This document shows, one piece after another, positions 54,221 through 64,000 of a stretch of DNA of 64,000 nt. The stretch spans positions 186,001 through 250,000 of the forward strand of contig MU058451.1 of assembly GCA_013265495.1 (NCBI GenBank), read 5' to 3'. Below the pieces are notes generated by a model. The model made no database searches. It was not told the origin of the DNA and worked only from the letters and a program-made list of their open reading frames with translations. A program made the translations under genes and the position numbers. This stretch comes from Vicugna vicugna (taxonomy: Eukaryota). Within the stretch, counting starts at the first letter, position 1. The number at the start of each line of letters is the position of its first letter.

Positions 54221-54258
54221 GCGCTGGTGGTATAGTGGTGAGCATAGCTGCCTTCCAA
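54221..54258 (+). pseudogene. Tailless retropseudogene of the 5' half of tRNA-Gly(TCC)
   Basis: GCGCTGGTGGTATAGTGGTGAGCATAGCTGCCTTCCAA matches the recalled vertebrate tRNA-Gly-TCC 5' half with 1 mismatch and ends in the anticodon loop; flanked by direct repeats AAGGGG(A)CTCTGAAGGG at 54200-54216 and 54258-54273. Confidence 0.88.
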
Positions 54259-54339
54259 AGGGGCTCTGAAGGGACTTCTCTCACACACAGAAAAACAGAA
54301 AAAACTAAACCGTCCAAAATATTAATTCAGTCCTCTTAC

Positions 54340-54512
54340 CTTGTTCTTTGATCTGACGAATTTGCTTCACAGTTTCTTTTAAGATTGCACATTTGTCAGG
54401 CTTGAAGTTAAAGTTGTCTATATCATTAAAATTAGCAAAAATCAACTCTGCAAGTTCTTCAATGTATTTATTTTCCTGTTCACGATTACGTTTCTCAGTG
54501 CTCCTTTTGGGG
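54340..54512 (-). CDS. NCOA2: NCOA2 exon 4, bHLH domain
   Basis: 173 nt, [59 protein letters not shown] and GTAAG boundaries. Confidence 0.97.
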
Positions 54513-54724
54513 CTAAAAAGAAAAAACATTTTTATTATGAGTCTGAAAAGAGCTATTATGAAAAAGATAGACATGCTAAACATGTTCTAACACAAAGACA
54601 GCAAAAAAGAAAGTTACTTATATGAGCAGAGAAGTACTTTGGGGGAAAAAACCCAAATATGCTTTAAGTATTGCATTTTTTTTTGAAATTAAACTTAACC
54701 TCAGTTTGTAATTATACTTACTGG

Positions 54725-54860
54725 TGTGATCATTTGTTCAATGTGTTTAATGCCTCCCACTGGATTTCTCAATGACAAGGATCAGAATGATTTGTTCACA
54801 ACTGTCCTTAATGCAATGCTTGGTGTAAACAGGCATCAAACTTATCGTTGAATGAATAAA
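54725..54860 (+). mobile_element. L2 3'-end fragment
   Basis: TTTGTTCACAACTGTCC...TGCTTGGTGT...TTGAATGAATAAA, a typical L2 terminus. Confidence 0.5.
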
Positions 54861-56119
54861 GAAAAGTTTTAGAAAAGGAAGGGAGTTAATGCTTATAAAA
54901 ATTTATTTAAGATTAGTAAAAGAAGGGAAGTGAACCTAGTTATAATAGGAATAAACAGACTTCAATGATTTTTGATAAAGCATAACAAAATAATGAAAAT
55001 AAATATTTATAATTTCATAGCCGTCTTTAGGATGTTAGTAATCAAACCTAACAGCCTTTTAAGTTAATGTTAAAAACCACAGTGCAGCTAGAAACAAAAG
55101 CGAAACTGACCCAGCGGTTTGTTAACTGTCCGAGCTGAATGACATGTGAAATATAAACAAATGGCCCAAGTTCAACTCAAGTTTTAAAATGTTAACAGAA
55201 GGGAGGGAAAAATAAAAATTGGCAAGATCTCATTTGAGTTGGACAAAACAGCTAAGTCAAAAGCTCCCTTTAACGATTTCAGCGTACAATTTTTTTCCCA
55301 GAGTAGAGGGCCTGCCGAATGACATTGAAATAATACAATAAATAACAAAAGCGAGCTGTTTAATGTTTCTTTTGTTTAGCAGCTTTCTTTGTATGTAATA
55401 CCAGTTTATAAAATTTTGTAATTTGTAACAGACTTTCATATGTTTGCCTCTGAACATTAGTTTTATTTTCAAAAACTAATAAACCTAAGGATGCAATTTC
55501 TCCATTGTATAGGGGTTACATGATTCGTGTGACTGACGAGTAGAGCAGGGGCCAGAACGGGGTTTTGCCAAGTCTTGTTTTCACCCCTGGCTTCTACTTT
55601 ATTAAATCCAGGGAAGGCGGGGCAGGGGCTGCCATACTTGGAGGAGCCAAGTTCCCATCCTGGATTCTTCAACCCCTTCCCCACCCTGCCAGCTGTCCCC
55701 TCATGAAAGATAACAAATAGATGACAAATGGGTGAGAAAGGGGAAGTGTGTTCCAAAGACCCGAAGGCACTGGGGGCGGAGCTGTGCCCCCTGGGCAGCA
55801 CCAGAGCATCAGGGAGATAACAGCCTCCCCTCCAGCGGTGCCGCCTCGGCCAGGGCCGCTGGGCACCGAGGGCAGCGTGACACTGAGCTGAGGCTGGCCG
55901 AGGTACACCAGGGAACCCAGGGGCTGGAGCCTCGGCTGGGGAGCTAGGGTTGGGGCTGTGGTGTGGACAGTGGCCATTTCATCCACTTGTTTTGCTTGGC
56001 AACTAGAGGGGTAAAGCGAATAGCTTTCTGGTCTTTCTCTTCCTCCCCCCCCCCTTAGTGACTCTTCCTCGTCCTCTTCCCTTCTGTTCCCTCATCTGAT
56101 CTTCCTACCGGCCATTCAA

Positions 56120-56730
56120 CAGAAGTTGCTGTTTAACTTTAAAAATCACTTACATGATTTAAATCATCAAAAGAGTGAAGTCTCTCTTCTACCTCCGTTC
56201 CCTGTTTAGCCTTGTTCTCAACCTCCTAAATGGGCAACAACTCTTGTGCTTCTTAATTATCCTAAAACAACATCTAGATCTTATTTTCTTCCTTTTCTGT
56301 ACAAATGATAGTACGCTGTAAACATTTTCTAAACTTCTGCCTTTTCTCCACAACAACATTCTCCAGAGATTGTAAAATACCAGTCCATAAAGAGCATCGT
56401 TCTTCTTTCTCAGAGCTGTACTGTGTTCCAGGTTGTGGGTGTATCATAGCTTCTTAAATAGTTCCTTACATTTAGGTTTTTCCTAATCTTTTGCACTATA
56501 AGCAACGCTGTAATGAGTAACCTCAGACATACGTCATTCTGCACGTGTGAAAGTATATTGTCCGAAAATTCCTAGGAGTGGAAGTGCTAGTTCAAAGAGG
56601 ATACGCATTATAATTAACAGATAGTGTGACACTGCTCAATTAGCCCTCATGGAGGTTATGACAACTCACACTTCCACCCATGATATATCACAGGGAACTT
56701 GTTTTAAAATTACTTGTTTTATTTGCCGAA
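56120..56730 (-). mobile_element. Old L1ME-like fragment (second copy at about 57991-58601 inside the duplication)
   Basis: CAACGCTGTAATGAGTAACC...AATTCCTAGGAGTGGAAGTGCTAGTTCAAAG, degenerate antisense L1 3' region. Confidence 0.55.
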
Positions 56731-57179
56731 GAGCCACAATCGTTGTCACTAACTCAAAAGCAAGGGAATTTAACACTTCATTTCTTGCTCTTAAAAAAAA
56801 GAGAAAAGAAAAGAAAAGAAAAGAAAAATCTCTTTTTTTCTATGGGATCTCTTGTCTTTATGACATTCTATGAGCAATCAGAAATGAAAATGTGAAGAAT
56901 TCAAGATTATAGGATAAACTGGTTTTAGGAGTCAAAGTACACAGGGGACTCAGAAGAAGTATGTAGCTTTCCTCTTCTTATAAAGAATAATAAAATTTGT
57001 AACGTATTAGCATCTCTAAAATGTATGCTAAAAAATACATATTCAGAGGCTTGACAGTTAAGGAGAAAAGCAAAACCCAGCATCTAAATCAGGTGTAAAA
57101 TCAACACGCTAGAATATAAAAGACGCGCGTGTGGGGCTGTCATGGGCAATACCGGCTGTGTTCTCAGCAAGAATCTCAC

Positions 57180-57265
57180 CTGGGTCCAAGCTGGTCAGGA
57201 CATTCCTTGCGCTTTCTTGTCTCTGCCCTAGATGGGTCAGAGGTATTTTCTCCCATCCCACTCAT
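57180..57265 (-). CDS. NCOA2: NCOA2 first coding exon (exon 3), downstream copy; full exon 57180-57284
   Basis: ATG at 57265, 86 coding nt [28 protein letters not shown](S), phase-2 donor GTGAG; joins exon 54340-54512 in frame. Confidence 0.93.
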
Positions 57266-59050
57266 CTTGAACACATATCAGCAACTGAAACAGAAAACAA
57301 GTGAAAAGAGCTGATGATAAAGTACCCGATCAATTTACCGACGGTAAAAACACTTTGACTTTAATCACAAACTTGATGACAGTAATGAACAGACTGTTTT
57401 GATTTATGTGTATGTATAATTCCTAATGAAAGGGCTGTATTTTTTTAACCTTAAGTTAGGCAAATGTAATGTTTAACAATTAAAAAACAAACAAGCCTAC
57501 CTCACTGGGCCCACTCTTTGAACAGGAGCTGTATTTCAACAGCACCCTGAGCGACACCTGCTAGCCCTGTGGTTCTGCGGCCAGCCTCCGGTCTCAGGAG
57601 CGAGCTGGCACCATGTGGGAGCTGCAGGTGCTGTGAGGGGCTCCTCCCAGTCTCTGTTTTGGGTTGGCCAATGAGAGCATCAGGGAGATAACAGTCTCCC
57701 CTCCAGCGGTGCCGCCTCAGCCAGGGCCGCTGGGCACCGAGGGCAGCGTGACACCGAGCTGAGGCTGGCCGAGGTGCACCAGGGAACCCAGGGGCTGGAG
57801 CCACGGCTGGGGAGCTAGGGTTGGGGCTGTGGTGTGGACAGTGGCCATTTCATCCACTTGTTTTGCTTGGCAACTAGAGGGGTAAAGGGAATAGCTTTCT
57901 GGTCTTTCTCTTCCTCCCCCCCCCCTTAGTGACTCTTCCTCGTCCTCTTCCCTTCTGTTCCCTCATCTGATCTTCCTACCGGCCATTCAACAGAAGTTGC
58001 TGTTTAACTTTAAAAATCACTTACATGATTTAAATCATCAAAAGAGTGAAGTCTCTCTTCTACCTCCGTTCCCTGTTTAGCCTTGTTCTCAACCTCCTAA
58101 ATGGGCAACAACTCTTGTGCTTCTTAATTATCCTAAAACAACATCTAGATCTTATTTTCTTCCTTTTCTGTACAAATGATAGTACGCTGTAAACATTTTC
58201 TAAACTTCTGCCTTTTCTCCACAACAACATTCTCCAGAGATTGTAAAATACCAGTCCATAAAGAGCATCGTTCTTCTTTCTCAGAGCTGTACTGTGTTCC
58301 AGGTTGTGGGTGTATCGTAGCTTCTTAAATAGTTCCTTACATTTAGGTTTTTCCTAATCTTTTGCACTATAAGCAACGCTGTAATGAGTAACCTCAGACA
58401 TACGTCATTCTGCACGTGTGAAAGTATATTGTCCGAAAATTCCTAGGAGTGGAAGTGCTAGTTCAAAGAGGATACGCATTATAATTAACAGATAGTGTGA
58501 CACTGCTCAATTAGCCCTCATGGAGGTTATGACAACTCACACTTCCACCCATGATATATCACAGGGAACTTGTTTTAAAATTACTTGTTTTATTTGCCGA
58601 AGAGCCACAATCGTTGTCACTAACTCAAAAGCAAGGGAATTTAACACTTCATTTCTTGCTCTTAAAAAAAAGAGAAAAGAAAAGAAAAGAAAAGAAAAAT
58701 CTCTTTTTTACTATGGGATCTCTTGTCTTTATGACATTCTATGAGCAATCAGAAATGAAAATGTGAAGAATTCAAGATTATAGGATAAACTGGTTTTAGG
58801 AGTCAAAGTACACAGGGGACTCAGAAGAAGTATGTAGCTTTCCTCTTCTTATAAAGAATAATAAAATTTGTAACGTATTAGCATCTCTAAAATGTATGCT
58901 AAAAAATACATATTCAGAGGCTTGACAGTTAAGGAGAAAAGCAAAACCCAGCATCTAAATCAGGTGTAAAATCAACACGCTAGAATATAAAAGACGCGCG
59001 TGTGGGGCTGTCATGGGCAATACCGGCTGTGTTCTCAGCAAGAATCTCAC

Positions 59051-59136
59051 CTGGGTCCAAGCTGGTCAGGACATTCCTTGCGCTTTCTTGTCTCTGCCCT
59101 AGATGGGTCAGAGGTATTTTCTCCCATCCCACTCAT
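59051..59136 (-). CDS. NCOA2: NCOA2 first coding exon (exon 3), upstream duplicate copy; full exon 59051-59155 including 19 nt of 5'UTR
   Basis: ATG at 59136 reads [28 protein letters not shown](S); acceptor AG at 59157-59156; donor CAG|GTGAG after 59051; identical to the copy at 57180-57284. Confidence 0.85.
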
Positions 59137-62100
59137 CTTGAACACATATCAGCAACTGAAACAGAAAACAAGTGAAAAGAGCTGATGATAAAGTACCCGA
59201 TCAATTTACCGACGGTAAAAACACTTCGACTTTAATCACAAACTTGATGACAGTAATGAACAGACTGTTTTGATTTATGTGTATGTATAATTCCTAATGA
59301 AAGGGCTGTATTTTTTTAACCTTAAGTTAGGCAAATGTAATGTTTAACAATTAAAAAACAAACAAGCCTACCTCACTGGGCCCACTCTTTGAACAGGAGC
59401 TGTATTTCAACAGCACCCTGAGCGACACCTGCTAGCCCTGCGGTTCTGTGGCCAGCCTCCGGTCTCAGGAGCGAGCTGGCACCATGTGGGAGCTGCAGGT
59501 GCTGTGAGGGGCTCCTCCCAGTCTCTGTTTTGGGTTGGCCAATGTCAAGTCTGTGCTGCAACCACTCACCCGTGAGGAACAGCCCCGGGAAGAGGCCGGG
59601 CCCTGCCACCCCCATCCTGGTGGGCAATACTCCTCAAACAGAGGACCTTTCCACCTCCCTGGGGGTCTCCCGGGCCCTCCTCTGCTGCAGCAGCTGCTCA
59701 CTGTCCCACCTCAGGTCCCTCTCTCCTCGGCAGCTCCCCATGAACACATCCCTCTGCTGTGGCTTCCTCTCTCACATCCTGCCGCCCCGCCTCTCCCTCC
59801 CTGAGCTGATTGTCTGATTGTCTAGCTGCTGTCACCAGGGGTCTTAAGATGCACTCAGATGATGAGGAACATAACTGACCCTAATGGAAGAGGCCGACTA
59901 CTGGCTCCTGCTCGGTGAATTCCTTTTGGTAAGAAAATAAAAGGACATATCCTAAGAGAATCAATGCGTTCACATTGGTCATTATTAGTGGCATCAAAAT
60001 AAAATTTAATATGCAAAGAACAAGAGTGATAGAGGTTTAAGTTCCAAAAGAACTAAGCAAAGGGGCTAACAAAGATCTCGAGGAAATGGAAGACGGTCTT
60101 ACTCAAAGGGCTTCATAATTGCTTAGCAAAAGGAAAACCACACAGCCCAAAAAGTTGAGGTCAGCACAGAGCTGAGCCACTTCCCCCTTCCTGCTGTTCC
60201 CGAGGCTGCGAACATCTCCTTCTCCCTCCTTCCCTTTCTGTAGTGGAAAATCAGAGGGAAGTGTGCATCAGTAGAAGGTTAAGGACTTACGGAAGATGCC
60301 AAGGAGTAAGGGGCTCATCAAGAGCGAGGCCAGAGGGGAAGGTGGGCCGAGGGGGCGCCATGCAGGATGCAGGGCAGCGGCCCTGTCACACCCGCCTGGC
60401 TGCCCGCTGCTCCCCAGGCTGGGATCTGGGCGCTCAGTCCCGCTACTCTCATGTCTTCTGGCCTCAACTCTGATCAAGGGGGCAGGGGGATTACACTGTT
60501 TCTAGAAGTCACATGTGAGGAGGATGAAGAAACGCCGTCATCGGTTAAGGGAGGTGGCACCAACTGCACATTCTATTCAACAGGTCACATCAGGAGGGGA
60601 CAATTCTGAAAGCTAATGCCGGAGCTTCCTGCCTCTGGGAGCAATGTAACGAAGCCCCAAGGCCTGTGCTGTGCTCACAGTTCGGGGCTGATAAGTATAA
60701 TCTGTATTTAGTTGCATTCACTTAGTATTTACTCTACACCAAGCAATTTATAGATATAATTTAATCAACAAAACCAGACTATGAGAAGCAATAGGGCAAA
60801 GGAGCCAGTACACACACACTCACTCCACTGCTTGGTTAAGTTGTGGGACCTTAAAAAGCTACCTCAATGCTTCAGTGACTTCTGTAAAGTGGGGATGTAA
60901 TCATTAGCACCTACAGCTCATAGCTGTTGAACAGATCAGCAAAGGGCAAAACTGGGATTCGTACACAGGCTGACACACTCGACTCCTAACTACAGAGTTA
61001 TGGTGAAGGGTTGCCTCATTGAAACAGCCCTTCTTCCTCCAATGGCAGAGTCACAGGGCAGGTGGGAGAAGCAGGAGGATCTGGACTGCGTGGCTCCAGT
61101 GCCTGCCTGGCTCTCCCCACCACTGAAGTGTCACTGATTCATTCAAAGACTGCCTGCCTGCCAGTCAAGTCAGCCTCAGCGTGTGAGGACCATCAGAAGG
61201 AATGCTGTTGTCCAGAAAAAAAACAACAACAACAAAAAACAACAAGGTGAGAGGAGAGAGCAATTTTATGTAGGAGTAACTCCAATAAGGAAAAACAGGT
61301 GAAGGCATCACTCAACTGCCACACACTCCTCTGTGCTGCGAGAACCGAGAAGGAAGAACACTGTGGGGGTGGGGAGGGGAACCAGCCCACGGCAGGAGGT
61401 AAGGATGGGGGTGGGGTGGAGCAAAACCTCCAACAGCAGAACCCTTCTCAGCCGATACCTTACAAACGTTCATTGCCAGTATTTCTCTTGGAACCACAAT
61501 TCTCATGGCTTCACTCATGGGTATGTGAGAAAAAAAACATGACTCACCCCATCTGAGTGAGGTCTCAACAAATGACCTAGGAATTTTCACCCTGGAAGCA
61601 GCTTTCTATAAATCATAAGAATTTAAGTAAATTTTTATCATCAGAATAGAACTCTGTCTATAACAAAATGTCCTATAGAGTAGGCCTATGTGACAAGGTT
61701 GCTGATAAAAATAGCTCTGCATGTAAAAGTATAGCATTATCAGGAAGACAATTAAAACAAGTGACTGCTGTACTTAAAATCAGTTTTGGATTTAACATTA
61801 GCATTAGCATCATCCACCTTTATTTTTCCCAAAATATATCTCGAGTAACTAGTCTGTATGAAGGGACGAAGGCTGACGGGTTTCAGCAAAGGGACTGGAC
61901 AGAGGTGAGGAGCGAGGCCAGGAGCTCTCGGTTTCTGTCCCAAGCACAGTAAAGCCACTTGAGCGCTTTATTTCTGACTTGTATCTGCTCGAGGCTGGCT
62001 TACAAACCACTGCATTTGCAGCTTTGAAACAGCATTAATTTCCTCTTGAAGTAAGTTATTTAAATGCCAAGTTTTCCCTTTTATTATTGTGGGATAGTAC

Positions 62101-64000
62101 CTTAAAGACATTTCCTCAAAACCTAAAAATTTCAGCTTTTCAAACATTCTTGCTTCCTTGTTTTTTCTGTGTCTGCCCCATATGTCCTCTTTTCTGAGCA
62201 ACTTTCCTGGGCTACGTATGCCCGGGACACACTGCCAACTAACCTTTAAACCACCAAAGGGGGGAAAAAGGAGAAGGGGTCTGTAGTAATTGGTCAAGTT
62301 GGGGACAGGCAGATCTGCTGACCACAGCCATGAGGCTGGGGATGCCCCTATGAATCACTGCTCATTAACCAGGAGAGAAAAGACAGACTCTCCAAAAGAA
62401 AAGAAAAGGAAAGAGTGACTTTAGTGTTGGAACAGGGAGAGAAGGAGGGTGTGGAAGGTGGTGACAGGCAGGCGACACTGACTCCTGAGTGCCTCTCTCC
62501 TGCCAGCCACGGGGCCAGAGGCAGATGCCACCCCAGAGCACACATGCGGCTTTATGCCCCGTTCCTCAGTGGATGAACCAAACAAATGACAGGAACCTCA
62601 TTAGTGAGGTGCTCTAGCTGAGCCCCCTCCAACTGACATTCTTAGTGCCCCGTGGAGGCTCAGCTGGCAGCAAGTGCGTGTTTCTCCGAGAAGGAAGGTG
62701 GGGTGGGGTGGCGGGAGGAGGGGGGCTGCAAAGTCCATTTTTTCCCACCAAAGTGACACAGATAAAAACCAGAGGCAGATACACAGATAGATCTATGGCT
62801 TCCAGTGTGCATGAACACACAGAAAAAGCACCTAAAATAAACCGTATAGATACCTAGATGAGTTTTAATGCATTCTTGTAGATCCAAGTTAAATATTAAT
62901 TTCCATTGAAAAGGAAGGAGATGGAGAATACTGAAGGGCAGCATCGAAGGTTTAGAAAGTTAACTTTGTGAGCTAGGCCTAACATGTCTGCGTGTTTTCA
63001 ACATTCACGTGAAATTAAAATCACTGAGCATTTCACTCTGAATTCTGAAACGTTCAGTGTAAATCACAGACTGAAAATGACACAAGTAAACTCCCTGCAT
63101 CGTATCTGATGGTAATTACAGTCACTGAGAACAAGCCAGTGTCTCTGATGCTGGGGGGCAGGGGTGAGGGTGGAGGTGGGATGGGGGGGTGGCGAAAGGA
63201 CAGACTGGAAAAGGAGTTTCAGTGTGTCCATTCTTGTTATCTGGACCCGAACAATGGTCCTGCTTTCACGGCACATCCTCCCCTTACATCCTCTGATATC
63301 AGCTCGTACAAACCAGACAGCAGAGGAAAAATTTACAGCCACAAGAACTGATGTCTTATTTTCTTAAAGTAACAACAATCCGGGAGGGGGGCGGCTGGTG
63401 TGAACAATGCCAGTTAAATCCTTAGCATAATAAAAGAAAGCAAAATAAAGTGTTAAACCTCAACACAACTAAAAAAAAAATGCACTCTTGCATGAAATTC
63501 ATCCATACAACTTACAAGGTAACAAAGCTATTGCTCACAATACAGCCTCATACCATTAACACTAATCATCCAGGATTCATGTAAACAATAATGTGCATTT
63601 TATCTTTTATCAGTACTGGCCACCTTCCAAACAAAGCCTGTAAAACTGCCAAATTTATTATATGCTGAACAAATTCAGTTAAAGAATAAATAAGGATAAT
63701 ACTATTGCTGAAATCCAAACATACTAACTGATCAAACATTAGATCCCTATGGCTAGTTCCAAGAAATACCTTTTAAAAGTGAGGCCTGCTCTGAAGTTCC
63801 TTATTTTGAGATGAAATTTACAATGAAATGACATACAAAGCTGTTGAAACAACTTTAATTATCAACGCCTGCGTGAGGAGGAGCTGCCTGATAAATTACC
63901 TAGGTCTTGATACGAGACCAGAGTGGCCCGAGAGCTTCCAAGGCCTTCCAGGTTCTTCCTGCACTCCCCTCACAGATACGCAGATACGTGAACGGTTGTA

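Larger units (their letters stand above)
55803..59544. repeat. Head-to-tail tandem duplication, 2 x 1871 bp (55803-57673 and 57674-59544), containing the NCOA2 start exon
   Basis: Constant offset of 1871 throughout; 11 substitutions and no indels found by eye; junction ...GGCCAATG|AGAGCATCAGG... Confidence 0.97.

Noticed and set aside
54221..54258. Functional tRNA-Gly gene
   Set aside because: Only the 5' half is present; no T-arm/B box or 3' acceptor stem.
56649..58766. Repeated 71-74 aa ORFs as a small gene family
   Set aside because: They are by-products of the tandem duplication over an L1 relic and an A-rich tract.
57180..59155. In-frame N-terminal extension of NCOA2 from double exon inclusion
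   Set aside because: The exon length is 3n, but the UTR part has an in-frame TGA, so the result would be a uORF.
1..64000. CRISPR arrays, operons or other prokaryotic or viral systems
   Set aside because: The sequence is mammalian exon-intron DNA; all direct repeats are two-copy duplications, TSDs or microsatellites.

Overview
Mammalian genomic DNA, probably camelid judging by the tRNA-derived SINEs and L1 3' ends (inference). The window lies inside NCOA2 (SRC-2/TIF2/GRIP1) on the minus strand. Twelve consecutive coding exons (human-style numbering 3-14) have GT-AG boundaries and splice into one open frame of 3028 nt (codons 1-1009), covering bHLH, PAS-A, PAS-B and the three LxxLL NR boxes. 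The gene continues beyond both ends of the window. Highlights: (1) a 1871-bp tandem duplication gives two intact copies of the ATG exon; including both would create a 30-codon uORF. (2) A tailless, TSD-flanked retrocopy of the 5' half of tRNA-Gly(TCC) sits beside the bHLH exon. (3) A 700-nt cryptic exon-like segment in intron 11 has the same phases and the same (R)EQN start as exon 11. (4) Intron 4 holds a 159-nt candidate poison exon. (5) Exons 10-11 are locally GC/CpG-enriched. The introns also carry L1, SINE, MIR, L2 and DNA-transposon relics and short tandem duplications. Repeat family names and human comparisons are from memory, not from searches.
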